DNA of 64,000 nucleotides from Candidatus Methylomirabilia bacterium. GTDB lineage: Bacteria; Methylomirabilota; Methylomirabilia; Rokubacteriales; CSP1-6. The first letter of the stretch is position 1. Every line of letters begins with the position of its first letter. The notes under the pieces are model-generated. The model was not told the DNA's origin. It saw only the letters and a list, made by a program, of their open reading frames with translations, and made no database searches. The stretch lies in NCBI GenBank assembly GCA_046758965.1, contig JBHIBG010000008.1:2910-66909 (forward strand), in the 5' to 3' direction. A program made the translations under genes and the position numbers. Positions 27,933-38,365 of this stretch are shown one piece after another.

Positions 27933-28859
27933 ATGGAGTACTGGAACGCCCTCCTGATTCAAACCGGCTTTCACATTCTGCTGGGGTTGTCGGTCTATAC
28001 CGTCGCGCTGACGGGACAGATCTCCTTCGGCCAGCAAGGATTTTATGCCATCGGGGCCTATCTCTCGGCGATTGCCACCACCCTCTGGGGCGTCCCTCTC
28101 CTGCCGGCCCTGCTGCTGGGAACCGTTGCCAGCGCCGTAATCGGGTTTCTGGTCGGGTTTCCGGCGCTGCGGGTGCGGGGCCTGTATCTGGCCATTGCCA
28201 CCTTTGCCTTTGGGGAGATCGTCCGGCTCGGCGCTCTCAACCTCTACTACACTCGTAAGGTCGGCGATGCCGAGGTAGGACCGGTCGGGACGGAAGGCTT
28301 CCGCCACATCAGGTACTTTCCTGCGCACGGCTGGACCATGGGGGATATCACGATTCTGGTGGGCGTCGTCGTCTTTCTGGTGCTGGTGCTGTACGCCTTC
28401 CTGGAGCGCTCGCGGTTGGGGAAAACCATGAGAGCGGTCGGCGCAGACGAGCTGGCCGCCTCGATGGTCGGGATCGGTGTGGTGTGGGTCAAAGTGGGGG
28501 CGTTCGCCATCGGGGCCGCCGTCGCCGGCCTGGGTGGGGGGTTGTACGCGCACTACACCTCCTTTCTCGGTCCCCAAGCGTTCGGGCTATCCCTGGCAAT
28601 CATCGCGGTCGCCTATGCGCTCGTCGGAGGCTTGGGCAGTTTCCTGGGACCGGTGGCGGGCGTGGTGTTCTTCTTGATTCTCACCGAGGGCCTGCGTTTC
28701 CTCGGCGAGTATCGCATGATCATTTATGGTGTCGTCGTCGTGATCGCGATGAACGTGCGTCCCCGCGGGTTCATTGACGAAGCGCTCATTCACCGTCTCA
28801 AGCGTCGCATGAACCGTAGGTTCGAGGTCCGCGAGGAGCGTGCCGATGCTCGTTCTTGA
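27933..28859 (+). CDS. ABC permease LivM-like (set 1)
   Basis: GQISFGQQGFYAIGAY, LRVRGLYLAIAT, GGLGSFLGP. Confidence 0.9.
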   Translation: MEYWNALLIQTGFHILLGLSVYTVALTGQISFGQQGFYAIGAYLSAIATTLWGVPLLPALLLGTVASAVIGFLVGFPALRVRGLYLAIATFAFGEIVRLGALNLYYTRKVGDAEVGPVGTEGFRHIRYFPAHGWTMGDITILVGVVVFLVLVLYAFLERSRLGKTMRAVGADELAASMVGIGVVWVKVGAFAIGAAVAGLGGGLYAHYTSFLGPQAFGLSLAIIAVAYALVGGLGSFLGPVAGVVFFLILTEGLRFLGEYRMIIYGVVVVIAMNVRPRGFIDEALIHRLKRRMNRRFEVREERADARS

Positions 28860-29586
28860 CCGCGTAGCGAAGCATTTCGGTGGGCTCCGGGCCGTCGATC
28901 AGGTGTCCTTTGAGGTCAACGCCGGTGAGATTGTGGGGCTGATCGGCCCGAATGGCTCCGGCAAGAGCACCACGCTCAACCTGATCACCAGAGTGTATCC
29001 CCTCACCTCCGGCGCCATCTCCTTCGAGGGCCGTGACATCACACACCTGGCAACGCATCAGGTGATCCGCGCCGGCATCGCCCGCACGTTTCAGAACATC
29101 CGGCTGTTCAACAACCTGACCGTATGGGAGAACCTCTGGGTGGCAGTCCGGGGGCAGGGCGGTTCCGGCTGGAAACGCTGGTTCACCATGGATCAGTCCG
29201 CGCGCGCCTGGATCGATGACATTCTGGGGTACTGCCACCTGCGCCACCGTCGCAATGACCTGGCCGGCCACATCAGCTTTGGCGAGGCCCGCCGGCTGGA
29301 AGTGGCACGCGGCATGGCCGCCGATCCCAGGCTGCTGATGCTGGACGAACCTGCGGCCGGCATGAATGCGGCAGAGATCGCCGAGCTCATCGACACCATC
29401 CGCTCCCTCCGGCAGCGAGGCACCACCATTCTCCTGATCGATCACGTTCTGGATCTGGTGATGAATGTCGCCGAACGGGTGGTGGTCCTGAATTTCGGCC
29501 AGAAGCTGGCGGAAGGGTCGCCGGCGAGCCTCCGAGCCAACCCCGAGGTGCGCGCCGCCTACCTGGGGACCACGGAGCATCCCTGA
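28846..29586 (+). CDS. ABC ATP-binding protein LivG-like (set 1)
   Basis: [31 protein letters not shown]. Confidence 0.92.
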   Translation: MLVLDRVAKHFGGLRAVDQVSFEVNAGEIVGLIGPNGSGKSTTLNLITRVYPLTSGAISFEGRDITHLATHQVIRAGIARTFQNIRLFNNLTVWENLWVAVRGQGGSGWKRWFTMDQSARAWIDDILGYCHLRHRRNDLAGHISFGEARRLEVARGMAADPRLLMLDEPAAGMNAAEIAELIDTIRSLRQRGTTILLIDHVLDLVMNVAERVVVLNFGQKLAEGSPASLRANPEVRAAYLGTTEHP

Positions 29587-30305
29587 TGCTGCGCGTCTCC
29601 GATCTGCGCGTGAGTTACGGCAGGATCGAGGTCCTGCACGGCATCTCCTTTGAGGCCAAGGCGGCGGAGGTGACCTGTCTGATCGGCCCCAACGGGGCGG
29701 GGAAAAGCACCACCCTGGCCACCCTCGCCGGCGTCCTCCGCGCCGGCAGCGGGCGGGTGCAGTTTGGCGACAAGGACCTCACGGGGCTGTCGCCGCCGAC
29801 CATTGTGGGCTGCGGGCTGTCTCTGGTGCCCGAAAACCGCATGATCTTCCCGGGGCTGTCTGTGCGCGAGAATCTCCGCATGGGGGCTTACCAGCGCCTG
29901 CGCACGGACAAGGGTGGTGTGGCCGAAGATATCGGGAGAATGCTCGGCTATTTTCCGCCGCTGCGGGAGCGTCTGGACCAGGAAGCCGGGACGCTGAGTG
30001 GTGGCGAGCAGCAGATGCTGGCCGTGGCTCGGGCGCTGATGGCCCGGCCGAAGATGCTCATGCTCGACGAACCGTCGTTGGGTCTGGGGCCGATCGTCGT
30101 GGCGGAGATCTTCGAGATCATCCGTGCCTTGCACCGGGAGGGCGTAAGCATCCTGCTGGTGGAGCAAAACGTCCAGTGGGCGCTCTCGTGTGCGCAACAT
30201 GTCGTCGTGCTGGAGCTGGGGCAGGTCGCCTTTGACGGCAGCCCGGCGGCCTTTTCCGCCTCGGAGGTCATCCACAAGGCGTACCTCGGGCGCACGAGCG
30301 ACTAG
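29586..30305 (+). CDS. ABC ATP-binding protein LivF-like (set 1)
   Basis: GPNGAGKST, LSGGEQQML, LDEPSLGL, VEQN. Confidence 0.92.
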   Translation: MLRVSDLRVSYGRIEVLHGISFEAKAAEVTCLIGPNGAGKSTTLATLAGVLRAGSGRVQFGDKDLTGLSPPTIVGCGLSLVPENRMIFPGLSVRENLRMGAYQRLRTDKGGVAEDIGRMLGYFPPLRERLDQEAGTLSGGEQQMLAVARALMARPKMLMLDEPSLGLGPIVVAEIFEIIRALHREGVSILLVEQNVQWALSCAQHVVVLELGQVAFDGSPAAFSASEVIHKAYLGRTSD

Positions 30306-30317
30306 GCGCTGTTTGCT

Positions 30318-31232
30318 GTGCAACTCTTGATCGACGTCATTCAAAATTGCCTCGACGGGATCATGGTGGGAGCTTCCTACGCCCTTCTCGGCCTGGGGTT
30401 TTCCCTGATCTTCGGCGTCTTGCGGCGGCTCAATCTGGCCTTCGGCCCGACCATTCTCATCGGAGTGTTTGCGGGCTCGACCACGCTGGCGTTTCTGCCT
30501 GGGCAGCCGTTCCTGGCATTCCTGATCACGATCCTGATGACGATGGTGGCCGGAGTGTATGTCGAACGATTGTGCTTTCGGGCCATCCGGCAAGAAGCGG
30601 CGCTGGCCTCGATGGTCAGCAGCTTCGCTATCTGGATGCAGTTGGAGGAGATGGTCATCCAATCGCCGTGGAGCCAACTGTACCAGTATCCGTTTCCGGC
30701 GCCTGTTGCGATGGGGTCCCTGGAGGTCGCACCGTTCCTGATTCGCACCGACTACCTGTTGATATGGGTATCAACGGTGATCTTGACGGTGCTGCTCTCG
30801 TGGGTCATCTACCGCACGCGGTTCGGCAGGACCATGCGAGCCGTGGCGCACAATCCTCACGCTGCCCGGATGCTCGGACTCAATGTCCATCGTGTCGGCT
30901 TTCAGGCATTCCTGCTCGCGTCCGCCATTGGCGGCCTCGCCGGGTACCTCATTGCCATCAGCCAGCAGCAAGTGACCCCGTTCTTCGGTCTGTGGGCCAC
31001 CATCAAGGGGTTGATCGCCATGATTATCGGCGGCATGGGGTCGATTCCCGGCGCCATCATGGGGGGCATGCTCCTGGGCGTAATCGAAATCCAGGCCGAG
31101 TGGTTCCTGGGCAATGAGTTTAGGGATCTGGTGGCGTATTTTCTCCTGTTCGCCTTCTTGATCCTCAAGCCGGCGGGATTGTTCGGGGCGCCCGGCGGGG
31201 AGGAGTGGGCCTCTCAGACCCAACGCGCCTGA
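30318..31232 (+). CDS. ABC permease LivH-like (set 2)
   Basis: YALLGLGFSLIFG...NLAFG, TRFGRTMRAVA, GGMGSIPGA. Confidence 0.9.
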   Translation: MQLLIDVIQNCLDGIMVGASYALLGLGFSLIFGVLRRLNLAFGPTILIGVFAGSTTLAFLPGQPFLAFLITILMTMVAGVYVERLCFRAIRQEAALASMVSSFAIWMQLEEMVIQSPWSQLYQYPFPAPVAMGSLEVAPFLIRTDYLLIWVSTVILTVLLSWVIYRTRFGRTMRAVAHNPHAARMLGLNVHRVGFQAFLLASAIGGLAGYLIAISQQQVTPFFGLWATIKGLIAMIIGGMGSIPGAIMGGMLLGVIEIQAEWFLGNEFRDLVAYFLLFAFLILKPAGLFGAPGGEEWASQTQRA

Positions 31233-31235
31233 GCC

Positions 31236-32183
31236 GTGGAGTACTTTCTCACCGTTTTCGCCAACATCGGCATGATCGCCTTCGTGGCTCTGAGCGCCTA
31301 TCTCCTGCTCGTTGTCGGGCAGATTTCCTTCGGCCAGCAGGGGTTCTTTGCCATCGGCGCCTACGCGGCTGCCATCTGCACCGCGGTCTGGCAACTTCCC
31401 CTGAGCGTGGCGATCTGTCTCGGCACGCTGGCTGCCGGAGCCGCCGGCTTCCTGCTGGGGCTTCCCACCTTGCGCCTGCGCGGGCTCTATTTCGCCATCG
31501 GGACGCTGGCTTTCGCCGAGATGGTGCGCTTGCTGCTGATCGTGTTCCGCTACCAGGTCGAGATCGACGGCGAGCTGGTCGGGCCCGAAGGCTCGCAGGG
31601 CTTCCGGAACATTCGCTACATTTTTGAGAACGACGTGAGCACGTGGGAGTTCGTGGTGTTGATCTATAGCCTGCTGGCCGTGGTGGTGGCGGGCCTCTTT
31701 TTCCTCGAATACACCCGGCTGGGGTCGATCTTCCGCATGCTGGGCGAGGATGAGCTGGCGACGTCGATGCAAGGCGTTGACGTCACCGTCTCCAAACTGC
31801 TGGCAGTGACGCTCTCAGGCCTCATTGCCGGCGTGGGCGGGACCCTGTTTGCCCACTTTACGACCTACCTGGAACCGCGTAATTTCGGCATCATGCTCGG
31901 GGTCCATAGCCTGGCCTATGGTCTCATCGGTGGTCTGGGCACGGTGTTTGGCCCGCTGATCGGTGTCGGCATCGATATTGGCCTGCTGGAGTCCCTGCGC
32001 TGGTTGAGCGCGTACCGCATGATCGTGTTCGGCGGGCTCGTTGCGGTGCTGCTGATCTTCCGCCATCGCGGGCTGCTTGATGAGGAGCTGATTCACCGCC
32101 TACGCCTGACATGGCGTGGCAGATCGCGGATCGCGAACCCCGGATCGCCGATAGAAAGAGCCGGTACCCCTTCTGCCTCTTGA
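31236..32183 (+). CDS. ABC permease LivM-like (set 2)
   Basis: GQISFGQQGFFAIGAY, LRLRGLYFAIGT, GGLGTVFGP. Confidence 0.9.
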   Translation: MEYFLTVFANIGMIAFVALSAYLLLVVGQISFGQQGFFAIGAYAAAICTAVWQLPLSVAICLGTLAAGAAGFLLGLPTLRLRGLYFAIGTLAFAEMVRLLLIVFRYQVEIDGELVGPEGSQGFRNIRYIFENDVSTWEFVVLIYSLLAVVVAGLFFLEYTRLGSIFRMLGEDELATSMQGVDVTVSKLLAVTLSGLIAGVGGTLFAHFTTYLEPRNFGIMLGVHSLAYGLIGGLGTVFGPLIGVGIDIGLLESLRWLSAYRMIVFGGLVAVLLIFRHRGLLDEELIHRLRLTWRGRSRIANPGSPIERAGTPSAS

Positions 32184-32193
32184 TGAAGGTTCC

Positions 32194-32967
32194 ATGCTGG
32201 CGGTCAAAGAGGTGAGCAAGTCCTTTGGCGCCAATGAGGTGCTTGTCGGGCTGAGCCTGGAGGTCCCAGCCGGCCGGGCGGTGGGGCTGATCGGCCCCAA
32301 TGGCTCGGGGAAAACCACCCTGTTCAATATCCTCACCGGAGTCATTCTCCCCTCGACGGGCCGCATCTGCTTTCGGGAGCAGGACATTACGGGCTGGCCC
32401 ACACATCGCATTATTCGGCTCGGTATTGCACGTACGTTCCAGAATTTGCGCCTCTTCAAGCGTATGACGGTGTTTGACAACGTCTGGGCGGCACAACACC
32501 GGCTGCCGGGGATGCCGAGCTGGCGTCTGGTGCATCACGACCGGCAGGGTGAACGCAGGCGGCGCGCCCGGGTGCATCACCTGCTCGAGCTCACCGGGTT
32601 GGCCGATAAAGCCGATGTCCTGGCCCGGAACCTGCCGCTGGGAGAACAGCGCAAGCTGGAACTGGCCCGGGCCTTGGCGCGCGATCCGGACCTGCTCCTG
32701 CTGGATGAACCCACTGGCGGCATGGTACCTCGGGAAACCGATGAGATGACGCAGCTCCTCGAGCATGTCATCGCGTCCGGGAAGACGTTGCTGCTCATCG
32801 AGCATAAGATGGGCATGGTCATGGAGCTATGCCAGCACATCGTGGTGCTGAACTTCGGCGCGAAGATTTGCGAGGGGCCGCCTCAGCAGGTGCAGGCAGA
32901 CCGGGCGGTCATCGAAGCGTACATGGGATCGGAAGCCGATGAGCCTACTGCAGCTGAAAGGCCTTGA
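32194..32967 (+). CDS. ABC ATP-binding protein LivG-like (set 2)
   Basis: GPNGSGKTT, IARTFQNLRLF, LDEPTGG, IEH. Confidence 0.92.
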   Translation: MLAVKEVSKSFGANEVLVGLSLEVPAGRAVGLIGPNGSGKTTLFNILTGVILPSTGRICFREQDITGWPTHRIIRLGIARTFQNLRLFKRMTVFDNVWAAQHRLPGMPSWRLVHHDRQGERRRRARVHHLLELTGLADKADVLARNLPLGEQRKLELARALARDPDLLLLDEPTGGMVPRETDEMTQLLEHVIASGKTLLLIEHKMGMVMELCQHIVVLNFGAKICEGPPQQVQADRAVIEAYMGSEADEPTAAERP

Positions 32968-33658
32968 AGTCCAGTATGGGAAGATCCGGGCTTTGGTTGG
33001 CCTGGATCTCGAAGTGGAAGAGGGAGAGATCGTCACCCTGCTGGGGGTCAATGGGGCCGGGAAGACGTCCACCATACACGCGATTTGCGGAGTCGTGCCC
33101 CCGGCGGCGGGCCGCATCGAATTCGATGGCGAGCGGATCGACCGCCTGCCGGCGCACCGCATCATGGCCATGGGCATCGCGCACGTGCCCGAGGGCCGAC
33201 AGATTTTTACCAATATGACGCTGCGGGAGAATCTTCTCCTGGGCGGGTATCATCGACCGGATCAGCGCCATCTAGAGCGCGACATTGCCGCTGTTCTTGA
33301 GCTTTTTCCACGCTTGCAGAACCGGCTCGGCGAGCGCGCCTTCAACCTGAGCGGTGGCGAGCTGCAAATGTTGGCCGTGGTCCGGGGCCTGATGGCGCGA
33401 CCGCGCTTGCTCCTGTTGGATGAGCCGTCACTAGGGCTCGCTCCGCAGGTCGTCCGGGAACTGTTCCGGCTCATCCGGACCCTGCAGCAGCAGGGCATAA
33501 CGATCCTGCTCGTCGAGCAGAATGTGCGTCAGGCGCTGACCATTGCGAACCGGGCCTATGTCCTGGAAAGCGGCCGCGTCATTCTGTCCGGGGAGGCGCA
33601 CGCGCTGCTGCGCGATGAAACGGTGGTACAATCCTATCTCGGCGTTAAACGGGGCTGA
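32939..33658 (+). CDS. ABC ATP-binding protein LivF-like (set 2)
   Basis: GVNGAGKTS, VPEGR, LSGGELQML, LDEPSLGL. Confidence 0.92.
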   Translation: MSLLQLKGLEVQYGKIRALVGLDLEVEEGEIVTLLGVNGAGKTSTIHAICGVVPPAAGRIEFDGERIDRLPAHRIMAMGIAHVPEGRQIFTNMTLRENLLLGGYHRPDQRHLERDIAAVLELFPRLQNRLGERAFNLSGGELQMLAVVRGLMARPRLLLLDEPSLGLAPQVVRELFRLIRTLQQQGITILLVEQNVRQALTIANRAYVLESGRVILSGEAHALLRDETVVQSYLGVKRG

Positions 33659-33683
33659 ACTCGGGAGTGACAGGGAGGAGAGG

Positions 33684-34127
33684 ATGATGCGACGGTTTAT
33701 CGTATCAACAATCTCGACGTTTTTCGCAGTGCTCGCAGTCTGGACGCCCTCGATGGCCGGAGCGCGCATGCACTCCGAGGTGGCCTGCAAACCCACTGAC
33801 AAGCCGTTGACGTACCACTGCACGGTCAAGCTGACCGACCGCAAGACCGGCGAGCCCATTGAGAACGCCAAACTTATGATGCACACCAGCATGCCGTCGA
33901 TGCCTATGGCGCATCACATGGCTCCTGTCGAGGGAATGCCAGGCAACGAACCGGGGGTGTATCACGGGAGGTTTCACTTCGAGATGGCCGGAGAGTGGGC
34001 GATTGATATTCGGGTCAGCGCTCCATCGCGGGACCAGATGCGGCACACGATCATGGTCGGCTCCGGCCACATGAAGCACGAGAAACAGATGAAACATGGG
34101 GGACAGATGAAGCAGCACAAGCAATAA
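33684..34127 (+). CDS. Secreted FixH/YtkA-like Ig-fold protein, Met/His-rich
   Basis: Signal peptide, MHTSMPSMPMAHH, PGVYHG...FEMAGEW, tail HMKHEKQMKHGGQMKQH. RBS GGAGGAG. Confidence 0.78.
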   Translation: MMRRFIVSTISTFFAVLAVWTPSMAGARMHSEVACKPTDKPLTYHCTVKLTDRKTGEPIENAKLMMHTSMPSMPMAHHMAPVEGMPGNEPGVYHGRFHFEMAGEWAIDIRVSAPSRDQMRHTIMVGSGHMKHEKQMKHGGQMKQHKQ

Positions 34128-34300
34128 AGGCGGCAGCGCTGCTCGGGCAGGCCCCGGGAGCCCCTGAGCGCGGCGGGGCTGGCCTCGGGCGACAAGGGTC
34201 TCGAGGGCTGGCTGCTGCCTTCTGCTGGGAAGGGCGCGAGTTGGCCGGGTACGCCCTGGGGCCGGCGCTTGCTCCCACAACTCCGCGATAAGAGGCGGAA

Positions 34301-35227
34301 CTACGCCTCTTTGATCGGGTTCTCCAGGACGCCGAGCCCGGTGATCTCCATTCGGACGAAGTCCCCGGGCTGGAGGAACACGGGGGGCTTCCTGGCGAAC
34401 CCCACACCGGCGGGGGTGCCGGTGGCGATGAGGTCGCCGGGGGCGAGCGTGATGAGGTTGGAGAGATAGCTCACCAGGGCGCGCACGTCGAAAATCAAGT
34501 TCTTGGTGTTCCCGTTCTGGAGCACGGTCCCGTTGACCCAGGTGCGGAGCTCCAGGACGTGGGGATCCGGGATCTCTGAGCGGTCGGCAATCCACGGGCC
34601 GATCGGCGCGAAGGTATCGGAGACCTTGCCTGCCATCCACTGGCTCGTCCTGAACTGGAAGTCGCGGGCGCTCACGTCGTGGACGATGGTGTAGCCGAGG
34701 ACGTAGTCCAGCGCCTGCTCGGGTGAGACAAAGTGGCATGGACGCCCGATCACCACCCCGAGCTCCACCTCATAGTCGAGCTGTTGGCACCCTCGGGGGC
34801 GCAAGATCGGCTCGCCGGGATCGAGCACGGCATTGGCCCACTTGGCGAAGAGCGGGGGCTCCTTGGGGATCGGCGCCTTGCTCTCTTCGGCGTGGTCCTT
34901 GTAGTTGAGCCCGATGCAGATGAGCTTCTCCGGATCGTGAATGGGCGCCAGGAGCCGGACTGAGGCACGGGGATGGCTCACCCAGGCGAGCCGGCGCGCC
35001 TGCACCTCTTCCTCTATTTCAGCGACTGCGGTCAAGGCCACCTCGCCGGCCCGGAGGAAGGCCCGCGTGCTGGCCGGGAAGAGAGCGGCGGCCAGCTCAG
35101 CAGAGCGCGTGACGCCGCGCCCGTCCAGGAGGCGCTCATAGGTGGCGGAGAGGTCGTGGACCTGCTCGCCCACCAGCGTGCCGAGGCGTGGGGTGGCGCC
35201 GTTGATCGTGAATCTGACGAGCTTCAT
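34301..35227 (-). CDS. Fumarylacetoacetate hydrolase family protein
   Basis: KLICIGLNYKDH, DYEVEL, DVSARD, PGDLIATGTPAGVG. Confidence 0.93.
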   Translation of the reverse strand: MKLVRFTINGATPRLGTLVGEQVHDLSATYERLLDGRGVTRSAELAAALFPASTRAFLRAGEVALTAVAEIEEEVQARRLAWVSHPRASVRLLAPIHDPEKLICIGLNYKDHAEESKAPIPKEPPLFAKWANAVLDPGEPILRPRGCQQLDYEVELGVVIGRPCHFVSPEQALDYVLGYTIVHDVSARDFQFRTSQWMAGKVSDTFAPIGPWIADRSEIPDPHVLELRTWVNGTVLQNGNTKNLIFDVRALVSYLSNLITLAPGDLIATGTPAGVGFARKPPVFLQPGDFVRMEITGLGVLENPIKEA

Positions 35228-35301
35228 GGCTCTGATCTCCTTCGGTTGAAATCGGGAGTGGGCTTCACGCGCTCCCCATTATCCTGGTCCGCCGGGCGGT
35301 G

Positions 35302-36288
35302 TCAAGGTCGGGTGGAACTCCGCTCCGCCACGACGTTGGTCGGCGAGCCTCGAAGGAAATGCTCCACGTTTTCCACGGCCCGGAGCAGGCCGTCTCGGAT
35401 GACTTCGGGAGTCTGCCCGGCGATGTGGGGAGAGAGCACCACGTTCGGGAGGGCCAGGAACGGGTCGCCGGAATTGACTGGCTCCTCGTGAAAGACGTCG
35501 AGGCCGGCTCCCCAAAGCCGCCGCTCGCGCAGGACCTCCAGCAGCGCCTCACGATCGACGAGCGCCCCGCGACCCGTGTTGATCAGGATGGCTCCCGGCT
35601 TCATGAGGGCAAGCTCCCGCCGTCCGAGGAACCCTTCGGTCTCGGGCGAGAGCCTGATGTGCAGGCTCACCACGTCGGAGATCTGGAGAAGTTCTTCCTT
35701 GGAGACGGCTCGGGCGCCGATCGCCTCGGCCCGGCCATCGTCCCCCCGGGCGCTCCAACCAAGCACGTCCATTCCGAGAGCCTTGCCTAAGAGTGCCAGA
35801 CGGCTTCCGATGGCGCCGAGGCCGAAGATCCCGAGCGTCTTTCCCAGGAGCTGGGTCAAGAGTTCCCGCGGCCAGGCCCCGCCGCGCATCTCGCGGTCAA
35901 GGAGCGGAATGCTGCGGGCCACGGCCAGCATGAGCGCCAGGGCGTGTTCAGCTACCGCGTGGGCGTTGACCCCCGGCGTGTTGGCAACGGTGACGCCGTG
36001 GCGGGCCGCGGCGGCCAGGTCAATGTTGTCCACCCCGGTCCCCCAAACCGAGATCAGCTTGAGCGCGGGAGACGCGGCGAAGACCACCCCCGTGAACCGG
36101 GCGTGGGCCCGGATGTTGATCGCCACCTCTGCCTGGCCGACCCGACGGATCAGCTCCGCTTCCTGGTCGGCGCCCCTCTCGGTAAACACGCGGACCTCTC
36201 CGAGCTGTGTTGCGCGCTCGTGGGCCAGCGTGCCCTGAAAGACGGACGGAAAGTCGTCCGGAACGACGATCTCGACGTTTGACCTCAC
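35302..36288 (-). CDS. D-isomer-specific 2-hydroxyacid dehydrogenase (SerA-like)
   Basis: GTGVDNID, GLGAIG, INTGRG, GLDVF..EP, SPHIAG. Confidence 0.92.
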   Translation of the reverse strand: MRSNVEIVVPDDFPSVFQGTLAHERATQLGEVRVFTERGADQEAELIRRVGQAEVAINIRAHARFTGVVFAASPALKLISVWGTGVDNIDLAAAARHGVTVANTPGVNAHAVAEHALALMLAVARSIPLLDREMRGGAWPRELLTQLLGKTLGIFGLGAIGSRLALLGKALGMDVLGWSARGDDGRAEAIGARAVSKEELLQISDVVSLHIRLSPETEGFLGRRELALMKPGAILINTGRGALVDREALLEVLRERRLWGAGLDVFHEEPVNSGDPFLALPNVVLSPHIAGQTPEVIRDGLLRAVENVEHFLRGSPTNVVAERSSTRP

Positions 36289-36364
36289 GATGGTAGATGC
36301 GCGGTCTTACCCGCGGCCGTTCGCGCTGCTCGCGCGGCGCTCACGCGGCGACGGGTCCGGATCG

Positions 36365-37588
36365 TCAGTCACCCGCCGAAGAGAGGACCGACTGGGCAGC
36401 CGCCACGGCCGCGCCAGGCTCAGCCTTATAGCCGAGATCCCTGAGCGCCAGCTCCAGCGCGGAGAGCGTGGGCAGGATGTAGAGGGGGCTCGCAGTCATC
36501 CCCATGTGCCCCACGCGAAGCGTCGTGGCGCGGATCTTGTCCAGACCGGTGCCGATCAGGATCCCGTAGCCGTCCCGCATCTGGCTGACCACGGCCGCGG
36601 AGTCAATGCCGGCCGGCGTCGTGAAGCAGGAGACCGTGTCTGAGGCGATGGCGGGGTCGGGGAACAGCGTGAGCCCCATGGCGCCCAACCCGGCTCTGAA
36701 CGCGTGCCCCGCCACCGTATGCCGCCTGAGGCGGTGGGGGAGCCCTTCCTCCAAGATGAGGTCCGTCGCAGCGCGCATGGCGGCGGTCAGATGGGTGGGA
36801 ATCGAGATGGGTTGGGTGCGCCGAGAGTCGTCGGGGACCTTGCCGCCCCGGGAGACCGGAATCCAGAGCTCCTTCCAGAGCCGAAGGTCGTAGACCAGGC
36901 TGGCCGCCGGCCTGGCCCGGCGCTCCATGGCCTCCCAGGCCCTCGGGCTCACCCCCACGACCGCCATGCCGAGCGGCGCGGCCAGGCACTTCTGCGAACC
37001 TGTCATGTTCAGGTCCACGCTCCACTCGTCACTCCTGACGTCGAGGCCTGCCAGTGAGGAGACGGTGTCAAGGAAGAAGAGCGCTCCGGCTTGGCGGGCC
37101 ACCCGCCCCACCTCGGCGGCCGGGTAAGTGGCGCCCGTTGACGTCTCGTTGTGAACCAGCGTGACGGCCTTGGGCTTGACCTGATCAGTGATCTTCTCGA
37201 GTTCGGCAGTGTCCAGCGGCTGTCCCCACTCCACGGCGACCTCGGTCACCTGGGCACCCAGTCGCTTCATGATCTCGCGCATCAGCAGCCCGAACAGCCC
37301 GGCCACCACCACGACGACGCGGTCACCAGGCTCGACCACTGAGACAGCGGCGGACTCCAGGGCGGTGCGGCCCGAGCCAGGCATCAGGATGATCTCGCCG
37401 GAGGCGCGAAAGATCTCCCGCAGGCGGAGGCAGGTGGGCTCGAGCACGCTCAGGTTGAAGTGACGGTCGTACTGGATGGTGGGGGGCTGGTTCATCGCCT
37501 GGATCACCGGCCACGGAAGCTCCGTGGGGCCCGGGATCATCAGGATCGGTCTGTTATTGCCAGCTCCCCACCGGATGGTAGGATCCAT
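36365..37588 (-). CDS. Class V PLP aminotransferase (alanine-glyoxylate/serine-pyruvate type)
   Basis: LMIPGPT, VHNETSTG, DTVSS, GSQKCL (PLP lysine), RVGHMG. Confidence 0.92.
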   Translation of the reverse strand: MDPTIRWGAGNNRPILMIPGPTELPWPVIQAMNQPPTIQYDRHFNLSVLEPTCLRLREIFRASGEIILMPGSGRTALESAAVSVVEPGDRVVVVVAGLFGLLMREIMKRLGAQVTEVAVEWGQPLDTAELEKITDQVKPKAVTLVHNETSTGATYPAAEVGRVARQAGALFFLDTVSSLAGLDVRSDEWSVDLNMTGSQKCLAAPLGMAVVGVSPRAWEAMERRARPAASLVYDLRLWKELWIPVSRGGKVPDDSRRTQPISIPTHLTAAMRAATDLILEEGLPHRLRRHTVAGHAFRAGLGAMGLTLFPDPAIASDTVSCFTTPAGIDSAAVVSQMRDGYGILIGTGLDKIRATTLRVGHMGMTASPLYILPTLSALELALRDLGYKAEPGAAVAAAQSVLSSAGD

Positions 37589-37785
37589 CTCGCCCCTCCT
37601 TTCAGGCTCCTATTCTAGCCTGCCGCTCGGGCCGTCGCCACAGCCTTCTGAGCGCCCCACGAGCTGGACCTGGGTTCGCTGAGGGATTCTCTCAGCTCGG
37701 TGAGAGGTCTATGCCCTCGTCGCGGATCGGCGAGCGGCGGGTCCGGTGACGGTCAAGCTCGATGAGCGGGGTATGGGTGGGACCT

Positions 37786-38085
37786 CTAAGGGAGGACCTC
37801 GGTGGGCCGCCCTCTCCGCCAGATCAGGTAGAGGTTCCGCGCATACACGAACAGGCCGGCGCCTTGGCCGACAATGAAGACCGGGTCCTGACGCAGGATC
37901 GCATAGGTCAGGAGCGCCAGTCCGCCGCCGCCGCTGAAGTACCAGAAGTAGATGGGAACCACGCTCTGCCTCTTCCGCTCGGAGACGATCCATTGGACGA
38001 CAAAGCGCATCGAAAAGAACGCCTGGCCGAGGAAGCCGAGGGCCAGAAGGAATCCACTGATTTCCTGCACGCAGGGTGCGTTCAT
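37786..38085 (-). CDS. Lipid A biosynthesis N-terminal (LAB_N) domain membrane protein
   Basis: GFLGQAFFSMRFVVQWIVSERKRQSVVPIYFWYFS...RQDPVFIVGQ...YARNL. Start uncertain. Confidence 0.85.
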   Translation of the reverse strand: MNAPCVQEISGFLLALGFLGQAFFSMRFVVQWIVSERKRQSVVPIYFWYFSGGGGLALLTYAILRQDPVFIVGQGAGLFVYARNLYLIWRRGRPTEVLP

Positions 38086-38124
38086 CGGTCAACACCTCAC
38101 AGGGGTGTGCTACAATGCCTCTCC

Positions 38125-38358
38125 GTGATCAAAGGATACGTGCTCGTCCGTTTGCTCCCTGGTCTCGAAGCCGATGCCATCCAGCAGATCCGGGTCATTC
38201 CCGGCGTCGAGGACATCGTCCTCGTCTTCGGGAGTTGGGACGCTGTGGTCCAAGTCGAGGCCAAGAGCCTGAACGCCTTGTCGCGGCTGGTGATCGGCCA
38301 GATCCGGGGCATCCGGGGTGTTCAGGCGACGGAAACATTGGTCGCCGCCGAGAGCTGA
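38125..38358 (+). CDS. Lrp/AsnC ligand-binding (RAM) domain protein
   Basis: VIKGYVLV...IPGVEDIVLVFGSWDAVVQVEA...IRGIRGVQATETLV. Confidence 0.8.
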   Translation: MIKGYVLVRLLPGLEADAIQQIRVIPGVEDIVLVFGSWDAVVQVEAKSLNALSRLVIGQIRGIRGVQATETLVAAES

Positions 38359-38365
38359 GCGTCCG

